A DNA stretch of 64,000 bases from Epiperipatus broadwayi (lineage: Eukaryota > Animalia > Onychophora). The notes beneath the pieces are model-generated. The model was not told the DNA's origin. It was given only the letters and a program-made list of their open reading frames with translations, and ran no database searches. The position numbers and the translations under genes are program-made. Where the stretch lies: positions 12,710,001-12,774,000 of the forward strand of contig JAQFVV010000004.1 in the NCBI GenBank assembly GCA_028023455.1, written 5' to 3'. Shown piece after piece: positions 10,361 to 24,230 of this stretch; position 1 is the stretch's first letter; every line of letters begins with the position of its first letter.

Positions 10361-13300
10361 TGTATATATGTAATAATAAAAAATTAAAAAATTTATAAAT
10401 ATAACAGTGATTAACTATTGTACACAGTCTATCAATTCTCAAAGTACTTTAAGATAATTACCTTTGCAGATTGAAAGACTGTATATTATAGTTAATCATC
10501 ATTATATTTTTTTAATTTTATTATTACAATATTTATTAATTAATGAACATCTTATTTATAATATATGTGGGTATGTGAGAGGGAGGATATGTGTTGAAAG
10601 TAATATACACTTGTCAGACAGTCTAGAATATAATACATATTGTATTATCAACAAAGCTAATAAACTAAATATGAGTGAGTATCTATTACATGTGATATAC
10701 ACTTAAAAGCTTAAAACAAAATATAGCAAATATTGCAGCACTATTCTAATGATTTTTAAGTACTTTGAATTCAGTGGAAATTAAAGTTAATTGCAGTAAA
10801 GTTGTTGTAGATTGGCCTTAAAATTAATTATTAATCTCTGTTGAAACAACCTGAATTTTTTTGAAATGATCATGTAACAGAACTCTTTGAGTCAATTACG
10901 ATTTTTTTTTCATAAATATTATCTGTCATATATCAAAAACTTATCACTTAAGTGATGAATTAAGAGCTGCATAGAAGAATTATATAATTTAAATTAAAAA
11001 GTATGCAAAGTCTATACAGAGGATTATCATCCAGTTTGCCATACAGAATTCAATAAAACTTATCACCTAATCTTGAACCAAAAACTATATACCTTTTCTA
11101 CAAAAAATTATTGTGCAAAGTTTCTTCGAAAAATTAATTAAAAAAAAAAATTCCTGTCAATTATTTGCCTTGAATTTTGAATAAAGGAAGAAAGAACTCA
11201 AGTATTTATTTATTTATGCAAATATAGTTTATCAATATATATATACATTTATTGTTATTTACATATCATACATAAGATACAATTTTTTTATCCTTTATTT
11301 TATAATTTCAGTTGTTTTAAAATTTTCTCATGTAAACTATTATTAACATTTGTCTTTTTATTATTAATTTTTCAGACAAGATTTTCCTTAAACTATACTT
11401 TGATAAATTATATTTGAATCAAAACACTGTTCTCATTACAGGCTTATTTAATTTTGATAAGTTTAATTGTTTTAATAATGTAAGATCTTTTTCCATCTAA
11501 TCAAATTAGTTATAAAATTATCTTACACCTTCTGAAATAAGTTGTAATAATCAATTCATGTATACATCATAATTTGTTAATCACTACATTTGAAAATCTT
11601 GATTATATTGATGATAATGGTGATATATTTCCATATTGTAGTTTAGCAAAACAGCAGTTTAATATGCTGAGTGAATGCCTACTGGAATCACCAGTTAACA
11701 TTAATTTGCAGTAGCATATTTTACATAAATAAAACTAATAATTATATTTATAAAAGATAATGCTATCTTGACAGGGTTGCACATCAACTGCTTATCAGGC
11801 ATATAATATTGCAATTATCTAAATTTAGTAAATGATCATGAGGATAATAAAAAAATTGATACAATTTCAAGGACATGTAAAATTATTTCTGGTGTTATCA
11901 TCATTACACACCCACTGATGATTATTTCATTATACTAAATGACCCTTTCAATATGTTTCAATTGCGCACCTTGACAATATAATTTGTAAGCATATAGGCA
12001 TCATGCAAATGTCATGGAAAATATATAGCTTAGTATAAAATATATATTATAACAATAATATTGTATATATCAAATAAAAAATAACAATGATGAATTGGTC
12101 CCATATTGTTACATCAATTCGGTCCCATTTTATTTATAAATAAAATGCAATACATACATCTAATGGTACTGGTTACATTTCCAAGTATGTAATCTATTTG
12201 TAAACCAAACTCTTTCTTAGGTACACAAAGAGTTGTGTGGTAAAGAAGATTTGTAAGAACATGAAAAGAATTATATCTATTTACTGAAGATGGCATTTCC
12301 TATCTTTTAAGAAATTTTTTCTTACAAAGCTATGTTTGAACCATTCTAAAAAAAATATTGCCCACACATAACTATTCTTAAATGATGTTAAATATATACC
12401 TCAAGATCAAATGCATACGTATACACAAAAAATAATGGGAAGGAAATGGGCATTGTTATTAAAAACAACAATTTATTAACAACAAAATATTAGTATTATC
12501 ATGTCAGAGGACTAAATACATGTTTACAGTAGTAAAATGTAAAAGTTTGAATAGATGCATATGCTAAAAATTTTATTAATTAAATTGAGTTTAAATAAAT
12601 GTGAAGATTTACATTAAAGAATTTATCAATACCTTATTAAATGTGGTTATTCTATTATAATAATCTGATGAGAAAGTCAGAAGATACAGAAATAGAAAAA
12701 GATATATAATCTCATTTTACTCTATATAATTTGAGTTTTTCTTAAAAAAATTTACAAGTAATGAAAGAAAGAAAGAAGAAACTACACATAGATGATTAGA
12801 ATATGAATATAAATAAAACTAATTAATATTCTAATTGCAATAATATTAAGTATAACATTAGATGTTTTAGAAATTTAAAAAAACTATAAAACTCTTATGG
12901 TTTACTTGACTTAAAATATACAATTTCAATGCACCTGATATGGCTATATCTCTAAACTAACTCCAGGGGGGTTTCCTTTTAAAAAAAAAAAATTTTTTTT
13001 ACTCTTAATTAATATAAGAAATAATAAAAACTTCTGACTTTTTTTACTAAACTAACTATAGAAAATCCTGTATATTTTGTTATTCTCTTGGATAATGCTA
13101 TTTAAAGTAGATAGAATATCATATTCTGTAGCTTCTTTCATGATGTTGCTGTATCACAAATTCATCACTATGCTAAATTCTCAATTTTCTTTTAGGCAAA
13201 CAATTTAGACTATTTTTGGTTATTATATCAGTAAATCAGACCTGTCTATCATTTCAGGGCCTAATTTTGTAGCTTCTTCTAGAATAGTATCCTTTCAGCT

Positions 13301-13514
13301 CCAATAAATTACATAACATGAAGTAAAAGATCATACTTATGGAGAATAAGTTTCAATGAGAAATTCCATAGTTTTGGTTACAAAATATAATAAAAAGTCT
13401 TTTTTCAAGGTGATCTTATCATCTCCAGATAATCATGATCTCTGTTCAATGTAGAATTATCCAGTAATCTTCTGATTAAAATGTTACATGACCACCATTT
13501 CTTTCCTAGCACAA

Positions 13515-14155
13515 GCTATTAAAGTAGTAAAGCACACCTCTTGCAAGCTATAGTAATTAATAGATGCCAGAAGGTTTGTGCATTTAAATCTCTATCTAGT
13601 GCCTATTCAACCAATGTTACCAGAGTAATGTCTAGCTTATGGTTACCATTGGTGAGGAGCTTTGGATGTGAAAGCAATGCACCTAGACATTTGGATCTAA
13701 TATATCCCTTCGGCACCTACCTTTTGCCTATTTAATTCACTATAAAGCAAGGAGTCCAACTGAAAATACAATAATATTTTTAATCCAAGCTAATTTGCCT
13801 GTTTAGTCATAAAAGATCTCAATGCAGTTCAATATCTATACATTTTGGCATCTTTATGATTATGCAGGCAATTAGCTTGGACTGAAAACATTTTTGTGTT
13901 TTCAGTTTGGACTCAGGACTTTATAGTTGACAAAATAGATAAAAGGTAGTTACTGGGCGATGCATTAGAGCCAAAGTTTGCTCTCAGATTCAAGAAGTCT
14001 CACTGATGACAGCCATAAACTAAAAACTAATCTAGAAATATTACATGGATAGGCACTAAATAGGAATTTAAATTCTTGAACCTTCTGGTATCTAATGATT
14101 ACTATAGTTTGTATTAGGTGGCACTATTGGATAAAGAGTTGCTACTATTTTAAAC
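13515..14155. mobile_element. Family C long, old foldback copy (~640 bp)
   Basis: Left arm (GATGCCAGAAGG..CTAGTGCCTA..CCAAGCTAATTTGCCTG) is mirrored by the right arm (CAGGCAATTAGCTTGG..TAGGCACTA..CCTTCTGGTATC). Matches the elements at 22.9 and 62.4 kb. Confidence 0.85.
13998..14037 (+). ncRNA. Family C hammerhead, degenerate
   Basis: TCTCA CTGATGA C AGC-CATAA-ACT AAAAAC TA ATC TAGAA aligns to the 62527-62569 motif. The mirrored arm supplies CATCCAA-AGC-TCCTCA, which pairs with the family 3' strand TGGGGA-TA-TTGGATG. Confidence 0.6.
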
Positions 14156-17100
14156 TTATGATTTTTGTCACAGAATTCTCCTTTAGTTCTATTTTCAATT
14201 GACTTTTAGCCCAATTGTTTGTAATGACCTCAATGCTAGATAACAACTTTCTCCAACTCTTCAGCAACTGCTCACCAAGTAATTAAAAACAAGTATATTT
14301 TTCTAACAATTGTTTGGAAAAATATTTTCCTTCTACTTTTACAAATAAATGGCTTTCTGACAAAACAAAGATATCTTCTTGAAGTTGCATGTTAGTTTCC
14401 GCCATCTGCCCAGATCGTTGATAAAAAAGCGTATTATTGATAAACACTTTACTGATGAATTAATTATATCATTCCATTCAAACAAATATTGGAATCAAAA
14501 TACAAATCAATTATTCATAAATAAAAACATCATTTTAATTATAGATTTGTTTAAATTCTTATTCACTTATTATAGAAAATAAACTTCTAAATTCAATTCT
14601 CATTTATTCATTGTTAATGTCAAATACTTAATGAATTTCATTTTATTTATTGAAATATTTTGTTTCTTTTTAGAAATAATATTTTTTAAAACTTACTTCC
14701 TTTATTGCCCTTATTCTATGTAAATAAGACTTTTTACAACTAAGAAATGCGTCTATTTCTTTATTTAAAAAAAAAAAAAAAAATCATTTTAATTCATATC
14801 CTTTATTACTTAAATTTTTCACTTAATATATTTTTGTATTTTTCCAAAAACACAAGGAAAATAGAAAATAATGAATTCAGCAAATAATATATATTTATTA
14901 ATACTTTAAGGTATTTAAAGTAGTCATTTGACAATATATTTTTATCCATGAATATTTAAATATCATCATTTTATTCTTCATATTCTTTAATATTTAATAA
15001 ATTCAAGATTTATTATATCTAAAAAAATTCTGTCATTCTTGTTTAACTCTCTGTTTTCTATATCTTATGTAAAAACTACCTTTTCTACATTTTCATAATT
15101 GTAACACTCACTGGTATATTAATCAATTTTACACTATATTTTTTTTAAAAATAATTTAACTAATTAATTATGAGCAAAATTATTCAAACCAGCAATAAGA
15201 TAACAGACTTAAATTTTTGTCATTTAAAAAAAAAAAAAGTTCATAACTCTTCTTTCATCTTTTTTTTCAATCTAAATAGTAAAGCATATATATTTCCCAT
15301 TTAAAATATCAAAAACGTACTGCATGTATGTGTTACCACACACATTGTTATTATTAATATTACTTTTGCAAAACTACAAATTTATAAAGTTTTTAAAGCC
15401 TTCAAACTTTGTCCAAAAAAAATTCTCATGAAGGTAGATAAGCAAAAGACGTGTTTTAATTGTGCGACTCTATTTATTTCTTACTCTTAATTATTTTTTA
15501 AAAGAATGGAAAATATATGGTAAATTTGTTACTCCAAAAATTCTTTTTTTTTTTTTTTGTAACTAAAATTTGATTTAGATTTATCTAATCCTGTTCAAAT
15601 ATTCACATGACTAATATAATAATTCTCTGTTGTTAAAATTTTATTTTGTTTATCTGTAAAAGAATATTAAGGTTAAAGTGTAAGAAATATAATAATTAAT
15701 AATATCAATCCATAAAAACATTTAATTCAAATATATATATAGTTAAACTCATTGGGCATGTCTTTAAATTTTATTTCATAGCTAGATTGTAAGAAAATAA
15801 TTTACCTAAAAAGCACATCCAAGGTATGACAATTTAACTTCCAATTGTCAATGACATATGTGTAGAAAAATTGTATGTTCATTTTTGAATATATATATAT
15901 ATGTTGTAAAAGAATAAAAATTGTGATAGGTCCTTATTTAATAGCCCCACAGGGGCAGCATTTGTAACAGAATAAAAATATGATAAGAATAGGAAAGAAA
16001 GACTTTAATATAGCCTGAAAACTTAAGATACCAATTATAACAAAGTAAAAATATAACCCAATCAATGACCACCAATTGTAATGGAATAAAGTACAACATG
16101 CTAATATTTCAGATCATCCCACAAATTTGGGAGCCAATTGTAGTAGAATAAAATGAAAATAATGTTAACAAAACAACATTTATCTCATAGATATTAATAT
16201 GCCCTTGTTGTGTAAACCAATAGTAACAGAATAGAAATACTTAATAATTGTAAGAGGCTTTATTATCCTATAGATTTATGCACATTAATCTATCAGTAAT
16301 AAAATATATAAAATCCTGTTTTACAAGTTCAATATTTTTCATTTTAAACCAAAAATTCCTATTACATTTTTAATACTTTTTAACGAATATATATATATTT
16401 TAATAACATTTTCCAATAAATTAATTTATAAGAAAACATATATGAAACATAAAACATTTAATTTTATAATATGTGTCACTATGGTGATTGTAATAATAGA
16501 AATTGAAATGCATAAGACTTAATAATAATATTGACTTTATTCAAGTAATCTTTTATGATTCACTTAACAATTTCCAAAATCTATTTATTTATTTACTTGT
16601 TTATACTTTTTTTTGAAACTGATCACAACAGATTTATGATTTGATGTTAGAATTAATAGGAAATAATATTATTTTAAAATATTAGGTTGCCATGGTTATC
16701 TAGTTAACATTAATACGTTTACATCTCAATTATCCATAGATCAAGTGAAATGGAAATTAAACAAGATCAACAAATTTCTTTATTTTTTTTAAATACTGTG
16801 GCATATAGCACTAATCTAGGTACTTACAATATATATAAATTCTAACCAATGGAAATTTTAAAATGACTAAATATAGTAAATGTAAATATCATGGATGGGG
16901 CTCTTATGGATGGAAAATAGTGAGCTAAGTTCTGTGGTTGGTTAGTTATCTAATATTTAGCTATAGAGATATGCATTTAAGATAAAGGAAGAAATTTTTT
17001 AAATAATAATAAAGTATATTACTACAAAATGAATAAATAAATTTGGAAGAGTGAAAAACTTCACTCTCCTCCCCCCAACACATATTAAAATTTAAATATA

Positions 17101-18664
17101 TATCTCTCTCCATGAAACACATTCTTTGAGCTATAAATATTTACACTTAAAGTAACACCTTTGAACAGATTCTTATGTCTTATATAAATCTTATATATCT
17201 CATAATTATTTATTAATGATCTGATATATTCTACTATTGTAGAGTAAAATAAAAATTACTTTTCTAATATTATGTTAAATAACAATAATGAAATTTTTGT
17301 ACCACTATTAAAGTTATAATATGAACAATAAGTTGATAATTATTAAAATAATGTATAATGATCTCAGGATACTTTTTCTGATATAAGAATTATACTATTG
17401 TACTGTGTTGCTAAACAAATGATTGGCATACTGATAGACTATAGGAGACATATACTTCTCTTATAAGCTAATGTTTCCTATTCTAGGATAACAAAATGAC
17501 AATTATATAAAGAAGTGTTTAATCTGAATAATATTAACATACAGCAATTATATAAAATTTTGAATAACTATAGCCTTTTACACAGGATGTCACTTGAGAT
17601 AATAGAAAGAAATGAGTACCTTTTATATCATTCTACTACCCTTAACAACACTATAAAGAATTATATGATTCTTATTCTTTTATTAATCAAGTAAATAAAT
17701 AATGTGCAGTCTTAAGGATGGATACAATAATCCATTGCAAGATTAAATAAATATTTATTCTTCAAATTATAGCTCCAATTCTAGGATTGAGAATCTTATG
17801 GAATGTTTTGTTTACAAAACATTGAGACTTTTGAATCCGCATAAAGATTGTTTATCTGATTTACCAAGATTTCTGTTATTTAAGAATTCAGGATCAAAGA
17901 AAACTTTCATATAGAAAAACACACAAAAACTAGAGTTAAATAATTAACAAATACATTTATTAACAGAAAATATAACATAGAAAATATGTACAAAATAGTT
18001 TAAAAGCTGCAAGCCAGCACAAGCACTGTTTCTATTTAATATGATGTCATCATTACAAATCTGAGGTTGCCTTCTAATAAATTATCCAAATTATAATTTT
18101 TTTTACATTCTAATAATTTGATCATACAAAAAAAAAAAAAGTTAAATGGAATATCTATAATATTTTACTGATTCCTCTTTACTTTATCCCTGTGCTTTAA
18201 CAATAAGCTAACTAATATTTCTTTTACAAAATATTCCCTGTTCAGGAAACTATAAAATATCTCCATTACTATATGAAATATCACAGATTTAAACTAATTT
18301 TATCTAAACTGCAAAAGGTATGGGCTTGAACTACAATACTAATATGATAATGAGAATCATTATCATCATAATAAATAAATTAATAACTGTCATAGACTAT
18401 TTTAATAAATTAGCAAAGGGTATGAAGCATTCATGAGAAGTCATATATACACATATAAACTATTAATTCAATGTCCATACGAAAATAATAAAATATTAAA
18501 TCTGAATGACTTACTAGTCCAGCGATGAATATTTCTCAGATATTAATAAACAATTTAACATTGTATATGTGCATTCCTATAATGTCATGCATTTAAAATT
18601 AAAATTAATATCACTCTCTAGATTTACTTGTGGACTACTGGCAAAGCACAATAGCACAATACAG

Positions 18665-19260
18665 ACATTGCCATACATAACCAAAACCATTGCAAACAAT
18701 TAGATGCACCCTGAGAAATTAATTACCTCAAAACTAACTTATCATTGCCATAAACATTCTAAAAACACAACTTCACCTTCTTTGGATGAAAATATTCACT
18801 CACATCATGAGGGATAAAGTAACACAATGGCTCCTCAGAGCAAGACAATCTGAAAAAAGAAATGGTGGATTCCAAACCTATATATGTGGCAGAAAAGTAT
18901 GTGTGGACTCAGTTTCAAGAAAACAAAAAACCCACCATAAATAATCCTTCCTGGAATTTAGCTACATTAGCTACAATAATAATCAAAAAACCTCAAAATA
19001 TCAATAATCCTCTCATGGAAAATAAAGTAAGAACAGTGGAAGAGCATCTCAATCCCATGAAGTACAATATATAACTGACATTTAACAAAATATACAGCTC
19101 AAGAGCATAATCCAATACTAAACAATGGCAAGATAAACAGAGCTATCAATTACAACTAGACATTTCAATGTTATGCTACAATTGCATACACTAAGCAATG
19201 TCTGAAACCAAGGAGTAAAAATGATAGCCAAACAGCTATGAACATATTTTAAAATAGCAC
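18665..19260 (+). mobile_element. Probable third, heavily decayed PLE fragment (linker plus GIY-YIG region)
   Basis: TLPYITKTIANN matches PYVPHIANN of the 59.9-kb PLE, followed by RDKV, EKYV and KVRTVEEH in the expected order. Confidence 0.4.
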
Positions 19261-21000
19261 AATAAAAATTTGAATTTAATATAGAATACACAAAAGTACA
19301 ATGAATAGCATAAATATGTACTAAAATAATTGGACAAGTTAAAATAAATACCCTTGTTGAATAACTAAGGATAAAAATGAAATTCTGTTATAATATTGAA
19401 TTTGAAAATAAATTATTATAGCATGATAACTATAAAAAATATAAACTTATAATAAACTCTGTGGGCTGTCTTACCCACAATTTGCATTAAAAACTCATAA
19501 ATATGATGTAGTACCTTATGAGATAGATATCTCAATTGCATAAAATAAAAATTTAAATTTTACCTAAATCATTTCCTATAAGATAAGTAGATTTTTACCT
19601 GGATATGATAGGAATACCTACACATTCTATTATAACTCCTGAGAAATAAAATATAGTAAAACAAATATCTTTACACATGAATATCATATTGAAATTTAAA
19701 ATAATAAAAAAAAATATTATTTTTTTAATAAAAAAACACCTTAGTTCATAGTCAGACTACTTCTGCTGTGAGCAACCTGTTAAAAGTGTGAATTCCTTCT
19801 TCGGACGCTTGTCCATAGAAAGAGAAACATCTGTCGTAGAAAACAATTTTTATTTCATGGAAAATTAGGCACATATAACTTTTAAACTTAATCAAAGTTG
19901 CACAAAGTTGGATCATTTACGAAAACAAACACATGCTTAAATGGAACTTTAATTGGTAATGCATAATGGTCATAAGTGATCCACGACACTTTATATGGAA
20001 TCTGCAGCTCCATTGGAAATGTACAAGGCTTTCTGATTCTTTCATGTTCTTTACAGAACACATATATCAAAAGCAATTATCATTTTTTTAATAAATAAAA
20101 AAATAATGGAAAATATTCATTTAGCAATTGTCATAAAAACGACTTTTTTGAATTCTATACAAGGTATGATCAAACGTTGATTGTTTTAAATCTGCAAACT
20201 ATTTTTTTTTTTTTACAAAGCATTTCATTTTTGAAGCTTCTTTGGCTTAAAACTTTTCTTTACAATATTTCTAGTTTCTCAACAAATGTAGAGACAAGAA
20301 GCACAGTAAAAATTTCCCTCTGTTAAACATGATAAGTTATTTGTTTTGCAGAAATTTAATACTGATAAAATTTGGTTAAATATTTATAGTAATTCAGGTA
20401 GTTAAGATTCAAAAATTAATACTTAGCACAAAGTCACTAAAAATAACTCATTATCATTAGCTTCAATATTTTTTTGAAAGTTTTCTTATCTCTTTCTTCA
20501 ATTAAACTAGTTTTTTAATCTACTCCTCCAAAATGTATTATATGATAAATGTTCTCTATGGCGTTATAAAATAATAGGTACTTGGGTATTATTCCTGCAA
20601 CCTAGGAAAGATAGGACGACTTTTTACATACGCGATAACAGACATAATGTTATGAACATTAAATAAACCCTTGCAATTTGAGTTTTTTCCCTCGTCAAAT
20701 AACGTGTTTTTGAACGTGCACAAAACGTGCTTTGAAACGTGTCAGCCGAAACTATTATGTAGATGCTTTTTTGGACATTTTGGTATTTTTTTTCTGATTC
20801 AAAAGTTTGTTGTTTGTACATTTTAAACTTACCATTTGTAATTATTGTGAATTTGGTTTAACATTTTTAATTTCAACTGCATTATTTACTTCTGTATTTA
20901 TTTATTTTTTTCCAATTTCAACTTGGTTATTAACTGACTTCTGCGTTTTTGAATTAAAAGTTTATTATTTAATTGTAATTGAATAAAGACGTTGACTTTG

Positions 21001-21659
21001 TTATTTGTTTATTCTAAAAATTAGATTGCCTGGCAGAATTCCATTTACAGCATATACTGGGCAATCACTTGTTCCACAAATCTTTCGGAGAAGGAAAAAG
21101 GACGATGGGAGGGGGGGGTACTACTGACAATCGCCATTATGTATGCTAGAATCGTCTGCATAAATATGTATTTCATAGAATATTTTTTCTTTTTTACTTT
21201 TATAAAAATATATTTATTTTGGCTTTTTTTTTTTAAATTGATCGAATTAAGTAAGCATCAAAAGTTAGTTTGTGTCCGTGTATAATTTGTAAAAGTACGT
21301 GTATATCTCGTATAATATTTTGTCTGTTTTTGTAGAACTATATAGAGTATTATTTCTGCAACCAAGAAAAGATAGAAGGACTTATTTGTTTATTCGAAAA
21401 ATTAGATTGCCTGGCAGTATTCCATTTAGAGAATGTACTGCTCAATCACTTGTTCGACAACTTTTTCGGAGAAGGAAGGGGGGGGGGTGCTACTGACCAT
21501 CGACATTTTTGTATGCAAGAATCGTCTCCGTAAGTATATATTTCATAGTTTATATTTACTTTTATAAAAATATATATTTATGTTGGGTTTTTTTTCCTCC
21601 TAAAACTCGACCACATATTTTTTTTTTTAAATTGATCAAATTAAGTGTCAAAAGTTAGC
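21001..21659. repeat. Diverged direct duplication of a ~270-bp unit (21001-21268 and 21382-21659)
   Basis: Shared TTATTTGTTTATTC..ATTAGATTGCCTGGCAG..AATCACTTGTTC..TTCGGAGAAGGAA..poly-G..CTACTGAC..GAATCGTCT..CAAAAGTTAG. Confidence 0.85.
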
Positions 21660-22902
21660 TTAACAGTCATCATCCGGTTCCTTTTAGAATTTAATTTTAA
21701 ATATAACTGTTGAAATTTAGTTATTATAACTCTACTATTTTCCAGAGCAACATATTATTAGCAAGAAAGTTCATAATTAGGGTTAAGCAATAAAAGAAGA
21801 TACCTTTTTAAGTTTAGCAAAACATGGCTAATAAATTAATTATAAAATATACTAATTTAAACTTAGATAATAAAAAAAAAAAAAAAGAAAGTTACAACTG
21901 TTTAATATGCTGTGGTCAGTCAGAGATGATGATCAGGAAAGCAATCGGGGAAACAAGAGAATCAAAGTGAACCCTCTCTGACATGAGCAATTCTGGTTTT
22001 ATACTGAGCTTAACAGGTGTCAACAGTTAGTATCATCCCATAACACTAATGATATCTTTATTAAAATATTTTAATTAGAACATGGAACTAATTAGTAATT
22101 ATATAATATTTAAACTCACATGATCTTCAACGACCGAGGTTGAATAAAAGTTCAACTTTTATTTTATTAAAGATTTAGCAAGTTAAAATAAAATATAATT
22201 ATTATTTATTATTATTTTTAACAAACATATTTTTCTTTTAACTTTATCAGAAATTCAAAGTTAACTTTTTATTTAACCCTTAATTGACTATAGTAATAAA
22301 ATATTAATTTTAAATATTTAATAGTTAAATTTAAATATCTTGCCAATTTAAACCAAGATAATAGCACATACACACGCACATACATTCTGAATGCACACGC
22401 GAACCGGAAATTGTATTTATCTACAGTAAACTTATTTAAAATTAATTAATTTAGTTTTCTTACACCTATTTAAATATTATAAAATCACATTAATAAACTT
22501 TACTAAATTTTACCTGGAAATAATTTATACTCTTTGAATTTGCTAAACAAAGATTTTGATTGACTTATTATCCATTATTTGATTATTAAATAACGCTTTA
22601 ATATTCAAAATGACATTATTAGTTCCATTAATCTTCCTTCTTAAATTAAAGTCTACACAATTAAATAGCAACTTTTAACACCTTAAGCTTACATTTACTT
22701 AAATATTAGAGTGATATTTTTATACTATTTATACAAATTATACAATGTTATTTATGTTAAACTCATAGTAAATTAAACATATAAAATATTACTATGGAGA
22801 GTTAAACAACTGCTTCTAATGTGACATGCTAGATATTTTGATAAAAATAAGGTATATTTTATGTTCACATGATCACCATCTCTTATACTAGCACATAATT
22901 GT

Positions 22903-23117
22903 TATTAAACAAGGCAAAACTCTCTTCATACAGTAGTGCCACCCTGTGCCAATCAATGTAATCAATGGATGCCAGAAGGCTTGTGCATTAAATCCCTATC
23001 TAGTGCCTACTCATCCAATATCCCCAGACTAATGCATAAGCCTTCTGGCATCCATTGATTACTCTGGTTGGCACAGGGTGGCACTACTGTATGGAGAGAG
23101 TTTTGCCTTGTTTAATA
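22903..23117. mobile_element. Family C short palindromic copy
   Basis: Arms TATTAAACAAGGCAAAACTCTC..GAAGGCTTGTGCAT / ATGCATAAGCCTTC..GAGAGTTTTGCCTTGTTTAATA. The left arm runs on to CCCCAGACTA (23031), the reverse complement of the HHR cleavage-site region. Confidence 0.9.
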
Positions 23118-24134
23118 TTTTATGTTCTTAATCTCTATTTTTTTTTTCCAATTTTAAAGTGTGATTTCTTAAGCCCATTCATTATATGTAATTTAATTAT
23201 TTTAATTTTTGTCAAATAATCTATAAAAGGATGTTAATATTTGTTGTTATAAACTATTATAACTACTAAATCATATAGCTATTGATTTATATTAGATTCT
23301 TAAATGAACATTTCACACTAATGAGATTTTCTCAAATTATTGTAAATTTTAATAACTTTTCTGATCTTTGGTGAATGAGAAACATTTTTAACAGATATAA
23401 TTATATATTTAATGCTAAAGACATCTCATTGCATAGTGAAAAATAATATAAGATATGTTAAAAGGATGACTTAAAATTAGTGTTAGATGAAACAGATAGA
23501 TAGTTTTGAAAATTAGAGTAATCAATTATATTTATAAAGTACAAATCTGAATTTAATTTAAAATTTTGGACTAAAATTGTTTATGTACTGAAATTAACTA
23601 AACAATTGAAAGTAAATTCATTTTTCTCCCCAAAAATAAGATAAATTGAACTTCATTCAAAAACAGAATTATTACCAAATTCCTGATAAATCTCATCAAT
23701 TCAAAAAAAGCAAAAACAACAACACTATGAGAATAATTTAATTAGTGATTGCAATTTTGGTGATATATAACATCTTAAAAATATAAAGAGCTTCATGGAA
23801 GCTTTAAAACTAAGAGCTCACTATTAACTTAGGTGTTGTTCTAGATATTAAATGATGGACAAAATTGAGATAAGGGTTAGCAAAAAAAAAGCAATCACAA
23901 CGTCATACCTAAAACCTAAATAGTAATATCTACAAATAAAATTGGTAAAATAATTTTGTTCATAAAGAATTCTGCTAAATAAATGCCAAAATGCAACTCC
24001 ATAAAAAAAGTAAGTAGAAAAATTAGTTGGTAAGTTTGTAAATTTCCAGGAGCACATTTTGAATAGTTTACCATTTTATTTTTGTACTTTACCTAAGACT
24101 ATCTATTAAATAGTTAATTAGATCACCTATAGAA

Positions 24135-24230
24135 TTGCTAACTGGCTGAAAGATCTAAGCCTCATTACTCTGAAAAAAAAAAAAACGATCGTGTTTTTCC
24201 CAGTTGAGGTTCAAATCTAGATTATGGACA
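24135..24230 (+). mobile_element. Possible degenerate tRNA-derived SINE head
   Basis: A-box-like TGGCTGAAAGAT (24143) and B-box-like GGTTCAAATCT (24208); no cloverleaf recoverable. Confidence 0.3.

Noticed and set aside
12664-12700. CTGATGA...GAAA hammerhead-like spacing
   Set aside because: No stem II, stem III or stem I pairing.
20100-21560. Alternative genetic code (TAA/TAG = Gln), suggested by shared in-frame TAA and third-position changes between the duplicated units
   Set aside because: Only a handful of substitutions support it. Ignoring TAA/TAG gives long frames by chance in AT-rich DNA, and the SINE/hAT/LINE content fits an ordinary animal genome.
21920-21985. C/D box snoRNA (ATGATGA ... 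CTGA)
   Set aside because: Short box spacing, no convincing terminal or kink-turn stem, and no recognisable rRNA or snRNA guide.
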